In this document: positions 17,479 through 26,153 of the stretch, one piece after another | Layout: each line of letters begins with the position of its first letter | Numbering within the stretch: the first letter of the stretch is position 1 | DNA from: Ilumatobacteraceae bacterium | GTDB lineage: Bacteria > Actinomycetota > Acidimicrobiia > Acidimicrobiales > Ilumatobacteraceae | Length of the DNA: 45,553 nucleotides | Reading direction: 5' to 3' | Assembly (NCBI GenBank): GCA_031428795.1 | Contig: JANOYI010000002.1 | Location: forward strand, 1 to 45,553 | Position numbers and translations under genes: made by a program | The notes under the pieces: model-generated | The model's database searches: none | What the model saw: the letters and a program-made list of their open reading frames with translations, nothing else | Told to the model about the DNA's origin: nothing

Positions 17479-18072
17479 CTACCGGGGTCGGCGGCTGCGC
17501 CGTTGGGCTCGGTTCAGGGTTGGCTGAACTGGCGGGGTGGACTCGGGCCGATCGAGGCGGCGCACAGAGTGTGCGTGGCACTCGCAATAAGCGCTCTCCG
17601 GGAGGAGCACCTGCAGTACCTGGCCGGGTCGGGGGAGTGCGCCATAGCGATTCGCCCACATGCCGAAGTAGTCGCCGTGGAGGTGATTCTTGTGCACTTC
17701 GACGCAGCGCACCCCCTGGGTCGATGGCTGATCGAGAGCGGATCGCCCGTTGTCGGCGATGCCTTTGGCGATTTCGTTGAGCAGCCCATGCTGGATGTCG
17801 CGGTCCACGTCGAGGACGATGAGCTCGGGATGGCCGAAATTCTCGACGAGCCCGATGGTGTAGCTGAACGCAAGGTCGTCGTCGCTGACCTGGACGACCG
17901 CCCAGCCGTAGATCTTGACCTTCAGGTCGAACGCCTGCATGACTGTTTCGTGGGAGTAACCATCACATTGGAGACACATGTGGGCATCATGGACGAGGGG
18001 TGTCACAGAGATGATGAGCGTGCCACGCTGATGCAGGATCGCGACCTGTGTGTCCAAATCGAGGAGTGTCAT
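17479..18072 (-). CDS. DUF4262 domain protein
   Basis: GWAVVQVSDDDLAFSYTIGLVENFGHPELIVLDV is the pattern I recognise from DUF4262 family members. It lies divergent from the second cyclase-STAND gene. Confidence 0.55.
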   Translation of the reverse strand: MTLLDLDTQVAILHQRGTLIISVTPLVHDAHMCLQCDGYSHETVMQAFDLKVKIYGWAVVQVSDDDLAFSYTIGLVENFGHPELIVLDVDRDIQHGLLNEIAKGIADNGRSALDQPSTQGVRCVEVHKNHLHGDYFGMWANRYGALPRPGQVLQVLLPESAYCECHAHSVRRLDRPESTPPVQPTLNRAQRRSRRPR

Positions 18073-18150
18073 ATCGGCCCGACGGACTGATCTGTGCAGC
18101 TAGTGTGCGGCAGGTTTCAATGCTCCGTACGGGACTGAGGGGGTGTCGAC

Positions 18151-21100
18151 TTGGCCGGTTCTGGGCTGGTCACGATCTTGTTCACGGATCTCGTGGGTTC
18201 CACCGCGCTTGCTCAACAGCTTGGCGACACTGCGGCGGATGCTGTTCGTCGTGATCACTTCGACCAACTGCGTCGGGCTGTCACCGCAACTGGGGGCACG
18301 GAGGTCAAGACCATTGGCGACGCGATGATGGTGTCGTACAACTCGGCGAGCGACGCCATCGCTGGAGCTGTGGCGATGCAGCAGCGGGTGCATGGCCACA
18401 ACACAGACGGTGCGTCCGCCGTGCAGATGCGTGTGGGCATCAGTGCCGGTGATGCCTCGTTCGAGGACGGCGATTGGTTCGGTACGCCCGTTGTCGAGGC
18501 ATCGAGGCTCTGTGGCGCCGCGCAGGGCGAGCAGATCCTGGTGACCGACATTGTGCGCGTGCTGGCCGGTTCCCGCGCCGGATATCAGCTGTTGCCCGTT
18601 GGCCAAATCGACGGCAAGGGCCTTGCCGCGCCGATGACCGCGTGTGAAGTGCAATGGGAGCCGATCGCCATCGCTGGCGGGGGCCGGCTGGAGGTGGCGC
18701 TGCCGCCTCAGGTCGAGCAGGGTGACGTGTTCGGATTCGTCGGACGAGGGGAGCAGAAGGATGCTTTGTGGGGGGCCTGGAAGACGGTCACTTCGTCTGG
18801 CCGACTGGCAGTCTTCATCGGCGGCGAGCCTGGCATCGGCAAGACCCGCCTCGTCAAGGAGCTCTGCCGAGAAGCACACGATCAGGGTGGTGTGGTTCTG
18901 TGGGGTGCATGCGACGAGGAACTTGCGCTGCCCTATCAACCGTTCGTCGAGGCGTTCCACTGGCTCGCTGATGCATTGCCACCCGATGTTCTGCGTGAAC
19001 TGGCCGGCTCACTCGGCGGTGAGCTGCTGCCGCTGATCCCCGACCTTGCCAAGCGAATCCCGGGTCTCGAGCAGCGCCTCAGCGATGACGCCGAGGCCGA
19101 GCGTTATCGGTTGTTCGAGGCAACGGCCGAGCTACTGCGTGACCTTTCGGCGAGAGAGCCCGTGTTGTTGGTACTCGACGATTTGCATTGGGCGCGCAAA
19201 CCCACGTTGTTGTTGCTGCGGCACCTGCTCAAGTCGTCGGCGTCGATGAACGTGCTCATCGTCGCGACGTACCGCGACACAGACCTCGACCGTACTCATC
19301 CGCTGTCGGAGATGCTCGCCGACCTGCGTCGGCAGAACGGTGTCGAACGATTGATGTTGCGCGGACTCGACGAGTCGGGTGTTCAACAGTTCCTGGCGAA
19401 CACCGCCGGCCACGACCTCGACGACCGAGGCGTCGCCCTCGCGCAAGCGATCGCTCGCGAGACCGAAGGCAACCCGTTCTTCGTCGGCGAAGTGCTCCGT
19501 CACCTCACCGAGTCAGGTGCACTGGTCTACCGCGACGGTCGCTGGAACTCGGATAAGCAACTGGCCGACATCGGCATTCCGCAAGGTGTGCGCGAGGTGA
19601 TCGGTCGTAGGTTGTCGAACCTCGATGGCGCAGCCAACGAGGTCCTCGCGACTGCCGCGGTGATTGGGCGTGACTTTGAACTGCGCACGCTGAGCGCTGT
19701 TGCCGGAGGCTCCGATCGAGTATTGGACGCTCTCGGATCGGCCGAAACGGCTGGCCTCGTCGAGGCGGTCAACGGGCGCCCGGGCGTGTACCGCTTCGCG
19801 CACGCACTCGTGCGCTCAGCGCTGTACGACGAGCTGCCGACGAGCCGCCGGTTGCGGCTTCACCGAGATGTCGGGCTCGAGCTCGAACGCGAGGGTGATG
19901 ATTCGTCTCGGATCAATGAGCTAGCCCGACACTTCACCGAGGCCGCGGCGCTCGGCGAGATCGACAAGGCCGTCCGTTATTGCCGCAAGGCGGGTGAGGC
20001 GGCGAATGATGACCTGGCATTCGAGGAAGCGGCCGCACACTTCGAGCACGCGCTCGAGTCACTCGCCCTGCAGTCGCCCGTAGATGAACGCGTTCGCGCT
20101 CATCTACTTTTCGCCGCCGGCAACGCGCTTCACCAGATCAGCGATCCGCGAGGTCGTGAGCTGCTCGGCGCTGCGGAGGAATCTGCCCGTTCACTCGACG
20201 ACATGCCGCTGCTCGCTCAGGTTCTGATCGGAACGTCAGCCGATGTCATGACGCGCAATGCGGCCGAAGTCGACGAGCGCATCGCCGGCTTGTACGAGCA
20301 GGTCCTCGCGCGCAGCGATGAGATACCCGCCGATCTCCGCGCTCAAACGATGGCTGCGTACTCTCGTGAACTGTTCTGGGGCCCCAATCTGGAACGACGT
20401 CGTCAGCTGTGCGAAGACGCGCTCGACATCGCCCGGGCGACTGGCGATGTGCGAGTGCTGGCTGAGGTGCTGCACAGCGTCAACCTCATGATCGATCTGA
20501 CCGAGCCCAGCGGCTTCGACCAATTGCTGGCGTACTCCACCGAGATGGTTGAAGTGGCAGCCGGAGTCGATGATTCGCTCGTCTGTACTGCGCTCACATC
20601 GAGGTTTGTCGTCAACATGTGCCGGGGCTTTGTCGATCTCGGCGACCGCGATCTCGTGCAGGCCGAGCTGCTCGCCGAGCGGCTGCGCATCCCGCAGCAC
20701 ATCGCACGAACCAAGCTCCACCGCAGCGCGATGGCGCTGCTTGCCGGTCAGCTCGACGACTGCGAGCTGCTCCTCGCCGACTACGAAGGCTTCTGTGCGC
20801 GGGAGCAGGTCGGCGGATCCGCGGCCGGTGCTGGAGGTGTTCGCTACCGGCTGCAGTACGAACGCGGCGACCTTGATGGTCTCGAGGACTTCTTGGGATT
20901 ACTCATCGAGGCCCAGCCATTAGTGCCGGTGTGGCGCATGGCTCTGTGTGGCGTGTATCTCCAGTCGGATCGCCTCGAGCTGTGCCGACCGCACGTCGAA
21001 GCGATCGGCGCCGACGACTTCGCAATCGTTCCGCGTAACCAAGCGTTCCTCATCACCTGCTCCAGCGCGGCGCGCTTCGCCGCCGAAGTTGGTGTCCTCG

Positions 21101-21453
21101 ACGTTGCCGAGGCCGCCTACAGCCACGCGTCACCATTCGACGGTGTGTTCCCGTACTCCGGCGCAGCCTTCGAGTACCCGGTGGGCGTGGGCGTCGGAGC
21201 AGCGGCCGCCGCGCTGGGATGGTACGACCTCGCCGAGCAGCACTACGCCAACGCGTTTGCTTTGTGCGAGCGGGCCGGAGCGCCGACGTACCTCACCGCG
21301 ACCCAGGTTCACTGGGCAGAGATGCTCCTCAGTCGCGATGCTCCTGGCGACGCTCAACGTGCTCACGGTTTGGCGGCATCTGCTCGTGAGACCGCCCGAC
21401 GACTTGGCCTTGCCTACATGTTGAGGAGGGCTGACCGGGTCTTGGCCAGTTAA
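18151..21453 (+). CDS. class III cyclase / STAND P-loop NTPase / TPR-like protein (paralog 2)
   Basis: TTG start with GAGGGGG 7 nt upstream and an in-frame TGA at 18136. The cyclase motifs are VTILFTDLVGST, KTIGDAMMVSY and GTPVVEASRL. Walker A is GGEPGIGKT and Walker B is VLLVLDDLHWA. The C-terminal half is a long helical repeat. Confidence 0.85.
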   Translation: MAGSGLVTILFTDLVGSTALAQQLGDTAADAVRRDHFDQLRRAVTATGGTEVKTIGDAMMVSYNSASDAIAGAVAMQQRVHGHNTDGASAVQMRVGISAGDASFEDGDWFGTPVVEASRLCGAAQGEQILVTDIVRVLAGSRAGYQLLPVGQIDGKGLAAPMTACEVQWEPIAIAGGGRLEVALPPQVEQGDVFGFVGRGEQKDALWGAWKTVTSSGRLAVFIGGEPGIGKTRLVKELCREAHDQGGVVLWGACDEELALPYQPFVEAFHWLADALPPDVLRELAGSLGGELLPLIPDLAKRIPGLEQRLSDDAEAERYRLFEATAELLRDLSAREPVLLVLDDLHWARKPTLLLLRHLLKSSASMNVLIVATYRDTDLDRTHPLSEMLADLRRQNGVERLMLRGLDESGVQQFLANTAGHDLDDRGVALAQAIARETEGNPFFVGEVLRHLTESGALVYRDGRWNSDKQLADIGIPQGVREVIGRRLSNLDGAANEVLATAAVIGRDFELRTLSAVAGGSDRVLDALGSAETAGLVEAVNGRPGVYRFAHALVRSALYDELPTSRRLRLHRDVGLELEREGDDSSRINELARHFTEAAALGEIDKAVRYCRKAGEAANDDLAFEEAAAHFEHALESLALQSPVDERVRAHLLFAAGNALHQISDPRGRELLGAAEESARSLDDMPLLAQVLIGTSADVMTRNAAEVDERIAGLYEQVLARSDEIPADLRAQTMAAYSRELFWGPNLERRRQLCEDALDIARATGDVRVLAEVLHSVNLMIDLTEPSGFDQLLAYSTEMVEVAAGVDDSLVCTALTSRFVVNMCRGFVDLGDRDLVQAELLAERLRIPQHIARTKLHRSAMALLAGQLDDCELLLADYEGFCAREQVGGSAAGAGGVRYRLQYERGDLDGLEDFLGLLIEAQPLVPVWRMALCGVYLQSDRLELCRPHVEAIGADDFAIVPRNQAFLITCSSAARFAAEVGVLDVAEAAYSHASPFDGVFPYSGAAFEYPVGVGVGAAAAALGWYDLAEQHYANAFALCERAGAPTYLTATQVHWAEMLLSRDAPGDAQRAHGLAASARETARRLGLAYMLRRADRVLAS

Positions 21454-21568
21454 GAGTGCAGTTCATCCGATGCAGGGTTCGCTTCTCGCTGGAGACCGGC
21501 TTTCTGAATGTGTGTCGGATGAGCACGCGCCGAGACTCGGAGAAGAACTGCAGCTAGCGTTTGCGGCG

Positions 21569-22087
21569 ATGACACAACTCGGACGACGGCAGTTCCTCGC
21601 CACACTCGGCGCCGGCATCGTCGGCATGACGGGTGCGCTGGCCGCGTGCTCGAGCGCAGACGGCAAATCTGCTTCGACGCCCCCCACGGTGGGCAATACC
21701 GACGGTGTGCTAGCCGGTTTGACGCTCGAGGTCCGAAGGGACCCTGGTTGAGGCTGTTGCGAAGCGTGGGTCGGGTACCTGCGATCGAACGGTGCCGCAG
21801 TCGAGATGACGGATGATCCGGAACGAGCGGCGTTTCGAGCCTCGCTGGGCATTCCGGACAGCGCGGCGGGGTGCCACACGGGAACGGTCGATGGCTACGC
21901 AGTCGAGGGGCACGTGCCAGCGGAAGCGATCCGCCGTCTGGTCACGGAACGCCCCGACGCCGTCGGACTTGCGTTGCCTGGTATGCCTGGCGACTCGCCC
22001 GGAATGGGCGGAGACGAATCGGGCTGGGCAGGTCAACCGGTGGTACTCGTGAACACAGATGGCTCGCTCACAGATTTCTCGTACTGA
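21569..22087 (+). pseudogene. DUF411/CopG-like metal-binding protein interrupted by in-frame TGA (21749-21751)
   Basis: Has a Tat-type signal MTQLGRRQFLATLGAGIVGMTGALAACSS. The sequence then reads ...LEVRRDPG-TGA-GCCEAW ... CHTGTVDGYAVEGHVPAEAIRRL ... PGMPGDSPGM. Track ORFs 21470..21751 and 21806..22087 share one frame and are separated only by this stop, which sits where the first Cys of the CxCC motif is expected. Confidence 0.65.
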
Positions 22088-22128
22088 GGCCGTTGCGCCG
22101 AGCGGCAGCGAGGGGGAAGAATTGCGGG

Positions 22129-22314
22129 ATGGGTATCTACCGCACGCGAGTTCTGCCACGCATCATGAACGCGGCGATGAGCTCGGACGAGAACCGAGAG
22201 ATTCGTGCCCGCGTCTGCAACGGCCTGGAAGGCACCGTCGTGGAGATCGGTTTCGGGTCCGGCCTGAACGTGCCGTTCTACCCGGCGGCCGTTCACACGG
22301 TTCACGCTGTGTGA
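22129..22314 (+). pseudogene. class I SAM-dependent methyltransferase, N-terminal fragment only
   Basis: 62 aa reading MGIYRTRVLPRIMNAAMSSDENREIRARVCNGLEGTVVEIGFGSGLNVPFYPAAVHTVHAV, then a stop. It ends just after motif I (VVEIGFGSG). Full-length relatives are several-fold longer. Confidence 0.55.
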
Positions 22315-22379
22315 CCACCTGTTTGGTCGGTAGTGCCCGTCGTGACGAGCGTCGCGGCGGGGGCTAGGGTTCACGCGCG

Positions 22380-22635
22380 ATGAAGCAGTTCGGCCGCCGG
22401 CACTTCTGCGCCACACTCGGCGGTGGCATCGTTGGGTTACGGCTACGCGGTCGAGGGGCACGTACCGGCTGAGGCGATCCGACGGCTCGTCACGCAACGC
22501 CCCGACGACGACGGGCTTGCGCTGCCCGGCATGCCCGCTGACGCCCCGGGAATGGGCGGCGACACACCAAGTTGGGCAAATCAACCGGTGGTACTCGTCA
22601 ACCGCGATGGGTCGCTCACGGACTTCTCGTACTGA
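22380..22635 (+). pseudogene. DUF411/CopG-like remnant (internal deletion plus frameshift)
   Basis: The ATG at 22380 gives MKQFGRRHFCATLGGGIVG, a Tat-like signal. It runs straight, out of frame, into the C-terminal part GYAVEGHVPAEAIRRLVTQRP...PGMPADAPGM...LTDFSY (track ORF 22423..22635). The CxCC region is missing. The DNA is clearly similar to 21896-22087. Confidence 0.6.
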
Positions 22636-22840
22636 CGCGCCCGTGTCGCTAGCTTCTGGGCCAGACGCATCGTGTCGATCCCAGCCGAGCCAAACGCGTT
22701 ATTCTGTTGCTGCCGCGCTACTGCGGCTCGCCCGCTCTGGACCCTGGTTGGCGCTCCGACATGCGAGTTGCAGGAGCGCGAATGAATGTAAGCGAACGGA
22801 CTGCGGCAGGTTGCAGCGAGTTGCTATTACCTGCCGCACA

Positions 22841-24085
22841 TCATTGGTCCGCCAAGTCCCGGCGGAGACCTGTGGCGACGGCTGTCGATCTCATCGCTGC
22901 TCGGCCGCCAGCCAGCACGACGCGCGACAGTGCGGTGATCGGACCGGGGGGTGCACCGTCGACGAGGTCGTTCCAGGACAGGGCCCACACCGGTGCGACG
23001 AGCCTGCCCATCCCCGGCATCGTCAGCGCTCGCGCCAGCACGGAGACGCGAGCCGGAGATCCGGAAATGGCAGCGTGGTGGAGCGGCGATGCGAATGCGG
23101 CGAATCGGCCTGGACCGGCGTCGAGGAAGTGGCGATAGTGCGCTGCAGCAGTGCCAGGACTATGCAGGATCAGCGCTGCGGCCGCGGCTGCAGTCGTCAT
23201 TGCTGGCGCGATGCCTTCGCCCTGCAACGGATTGACGACGCCGGCAGCGTCACCGACGAGGAACGTACGATCTCTAGCGGCGACGGTGCCCACGACGCCC
23301 ATCTTCAACCAACCGCCGAGGCGGCGACCGTCGACTGCGGCGGTCAACAACCCGATGTTGCGCAAGTGGTCGCAGAATGCGTCGAACTGCGCGACTGCTC
23401 TCGACCCGGAGGCCCGATGAGCTCGCACACCGAGACCCAGCCCGATGTTCGCCCGACCATCGCAGCCAGGGAAAACCCAGCCATATCCAGGGAAACCGCG
23501 TCGAGGACCGTCGTCCCACAGCACGATCGCAGGCCGGTCAACCACCTGGTCGACGTAGGTTCTCTGCGCGAATCCCCACAGCACTCTGTTCGTGTCGATG
23601 AGGCCGGCAGCGAGACCCACCCCGCTGGTTGCCCCATCCGCTGCGACCACCACATCTGCCGAGAGCCGTCGGCCATCATCGAGTTCGACGACGCCGTCAC
23701 GAGCGGACACCACGCGGCCTGTCACCGGCTCCGCTCCGGCGTTGATCGCCTGGTCGCGCAACCAGGCATCGAAACGCGCGCGCGGTATTGCGAGGCCATG
23801 ACCGGGAAACGTTCGACCGGCTCGTGCGGGGAGGACCACTCGCCGACCGGTGGGTCCAACGACGATCATCTCCCCCACTTGTCGCCCCGCTGGTGGTGTC
23901 AGGCCGAGCGAGTCCATCAACGCCAGGGCCCGCGGCCCGATCAGGTCTCCGCACGCCTTGTCGCGCGCGAATGTCGCTTTGTCGATCAGCGCAACACGTG
24001 CGCCGCCCCGAGCCAAGACGAGCGCCGCAGTACTGCCAGCAGGCCCGGAGCCGACCACGACGGCGTCGAACCTCGCAGGCGTCAC
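22841..24085 (-). CDS. FAD-dependent geranylgeranyl reductase family oxidoreductase (MenJ-like)
   Basis: Has the dinucleotide-binding motif FDAVVVGSGPAGS, followed by DKACGDLIGP and LVGDAAGVVNPLQGEGI. The start is probably GTG 24085. GTG 24112 abuts the AAGGAG with no spacer, and the track start at 24298 overlaps the divergent gene. Confidence 0.75.
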   Translation of the reverse strand: MTPARFDAVVVGSGPAGSTAALVLARGGARVALIDKATFARDKACGDLIGPRALALMDSLGLTPPAGRQVGEMIVVGPTGRRVVLPARAGRTFPGHGLAIPRARFDAWLRDQAINAGAEPVTGRVVSARDGVVELDDGRRLSADVVVAADGATSGVGLAAGLIDTNRVLWGFAQRTYVDQVVDRPAIVLWDDGPRRGFPGYGWVFPGCDGRANIGLGLGVRAHRASGSRAVAQFDAFCDHLRNIGLLTAAVDGRRLGGWLKMGVVGTVAARDRTFLVGDAAGVVNPLQGEGIAPAMTTAAAAAALILHSPGTAAAHYRHFLDAGPGRFAAFASPLHHAAISGSPARVSVLARALTMPGMGRLVAPVWALSWNDLVDGAPPGPITALSRVVLAGGRAAMRSTAVATGLRRDLADQ

Positions 24086-24135
24086 GATTCGTCCGATGCT
24101 GTCATGGGTCACTCCTTGCCTCGAAGGTATCGGGC

Positions 24136-24903
24136 ATGACCGCTCATCCGGTCCGACCGCAACCAACGAAATTCGCGCAACGACTGTTCGCTGGTTTGCC
24201 CGATCACTACGACCGGCTCGCCGCCATACTTTCGCTCGGCCAGGATCGTCGCTGGCGTCGCGAAATGATCGACCACATCGCGCCAGCACTACCTGCAACT
24301 GTGCTCGACGTCGCCACCGGGCCGGCAGGGGTCGCCCTTCAATTGGCAGACCGCACCAACGCCACCATCACCGGTATCGATCTCAGCGACGACATGCTGG
24401 CCCGGGGACGACGGAACGTGATTGCTGCGCAGCGGGAAGATCGCATTCAACTCGTGCGCGGTCAAGGCGAGCAGCTTCCCTTTGCGGACCGCTCGTTCGA
24501 CGCGCTGACGTTCACCTATCTACTGCGTTACGTCGCCAACCCGGCGGCCACAATCGGGGAGCTGGCCCGCGTCGTCCGGCCGGGCGGCACGATGGCCAGT
24601 CTTGAGTTCGCTGTTCCTTCCCACCGATTCTGGCGTTGGTGGTGGGTGGGCTACACGCGCCTTGTACTCCCCGTGGCCGGAGCCGCGTTGGGAGGTCGGG
24701 CGTGGTTCGACGTCGGCCGCTTCCTCGGGCCCAACATCACGGATCACTACCGTCGCTTCACGGTCGACGACACCATCTCCGCGTGGCACGCCGCCGGATT
24801 CATCAACGTCGGAATGCGACGGATGAGCCTCGGCGGCGGACTCATCGTGTGGGGTCAACGACGCGCGGAGACGGCTGAGCCCGATGAAACTGGCCAACGG
24901 TGA
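24136..24903 (+). CDS. UbiE/MenG-family (demethylmenaquinone-type) SAM methyltransferase
   Basis: From the ATG at 24136: FAGLPDHYDRLAAILSLGQDRRWRREMI, motif I VLDVATGPAG, and LPFADRSFDALTFTYLLR. It lies divergent from the reductase, an arrangement that resembles the mycobacterial menJ/menH neighbourhood. Confidence 0.7.
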   Translation: MTAHPVRPQPTKFAQRLFAGLPDHYDRLAAILSLGQDRRWRREMIDHIAPALPATVLDVATGPAGVALQLADRTNATITGIDLSDDMLARGRRNVIAAQREDRIQLVRGQGEQLPFADRSFDALTFTYLLRYVANPAATIGELARVVRPGGTMASLEFAVPSHRFWRWWWVGYTRLVLPVAGAALGGRAWFDVGRFLGPNITDHYRRFTVDDTISAWHAAGFINVGMRRMSLGGGLIVWGQRRAETAEPDETGQR

Positions 24904-25658
24904 CCGAACCGTCGAGCGCGCTGCCCCCGGCCTTCTACGCCGTGTCCCGAACTGCCGGTCGTAGTGCCGTGGCCGATTGGTGGGTTTTGCTTCACGCCCC
25001 CTACACGCTCTGGCACCTCTCGTACGTCGGAGTGGGAGCAGCCCTCAGCCCAGAGTTCGACGGTCTTCGGTTGACCGCAACGTTGCTGGCGTTCTTCCTC
25101 GCTGTTGGCGTCGGAGCCCACGCGCTCGACGAATTGCATGGTCGACCGCTGCAGACCTCTATACCCGGTCCGGCACTGGTGGGCGTGGCGACCGTCAGTA
25201 TCGCCGGAGCGGTCATACTCGGGATCGCTGGCATCCAGCGAGTCGGGCCCGGCCTCGCTGTGTTCATTGCAGTCGGCCTCATTCTCAACTGTGGGTACAA
25301 CCTCGAATTGTTCGGCGGCCGATTGCACAACGACGTCACCTTTGCCGTTGCCTGGGGAGCCTTTCCAGTTCTCACTGCGTTCTACGCGCAAGCTGAGACC
25401 ATCCGGCCCGCAGCCGTCGCGGCGGCAATTGGCGCGTTCTGGTTGTCGGTCGCTCAGAGGGCGTTGAGTACACCGGCGCGAACGCTGCGCCGGCGAGTCG
25501 CGATGATTGATGGCACCATCACCTACACGGATGGTCGCACCGAGTCGGTGTCACGTCGCACGCTGCTGAGACCCCTTGAGATTGCCCTGATGACGATGAC
25601 GGTCAGCATCGTCGCCTTCGCAATTGCATTCATCGTCTATCGGGTTGATCAGGGGTAA
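24900..25658 (+). CDS. polytopic membrane protein, unknown function
   Basis: 252 aa with about 7 hydrophobic helices. A GTGA overlaps the methyltransferase stop, indicating translational coupling. Confidence 0.6.
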   Translation: MTEPSSALPPAFYAVSRTAGRSAVADWWVLLHAPYTLWHLSYVGVGAALSPEFDGLRLTATLLAFFLAVGVGAHALDELHGRPLQTSIPGPALVGVATVSIAGAVILGIAGIQRVGPGLAVFIAVGLILNCGYNLELFGGRLHNDVTFAVAWGAFPVLTAFYAQAETIRPAAVAAAIGAFWLSVAQRALSTPARTLRRRVAMIDGTITYTDGRTESVSRRTLLRPLEIALMTMTVSIVAFAIAFIVYRVDQG

Positions 25659-26153
25659 CTCTCCGCGATCAGCGCGCACCGTTCGGGTCGGCTTCATCAT
25701 CGACTCGGGCTGACTGTGCTTCGCGACGGGCTCATCTCGGACGAGGTGCTCGCCGCGATGGTGATTGAGGGCGTACCCGATGAACGTGTCATCAACCAGG
25801 CAGTCGCGGTCGTTCAGGCGCTGCCCGAAGGTGAGGCGTTGGTCGCGGTGCAAGACCTGTCCCGCCGGTTCGAACTGGAAGCCGCTCGGGTCTCAGGCCT
25901 ACAGGAGGTCGTCGGCGGCGAGCAGGCCACCGCAGCTGCACTCGACGGGCAGCCAACCGTTCGTCGATTCACTGTCGCCCGCCACCGGGACACTGAGCGT
26001 GACTCTCAGCTGAGACGCCCTCCGGTCTCTACGGCCACCTACCGGAGTTGTTGCAGGCCTGAGCGTGGTAGACGGCGACCGTTCCGTACTGAGTACGGAG
26101 GCTGTCGAGAAAGCGTCCTGTTAACGATGGCTGGATCACCCAAGGAGGGTCCC

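Noticed and set aside
18100-18960. 286-aa minus-strand ORF
   Set aside because: It is antisense to the cyclase domain of paralog 2 and has no motifs.
21774-21796. Hairpin downstream of the DUF411 in-frame TGA as a SECIS element
   Set aside because: It has only 6 bp (including a G-U pair) with an 11-nt loop, and it begins 23 nt after the TGA. It is too weak and generic to call a SECIS. It is mentioned only in the related finding.
22517-24139. 540-aa + strand ORF
   Set aside because: It is Arg/Cys/His-rich and antisense to the geranylgeranyl-reductase-family gene, whose FAD-binding GSGPAGS motif is unambiguous on the minus strand.
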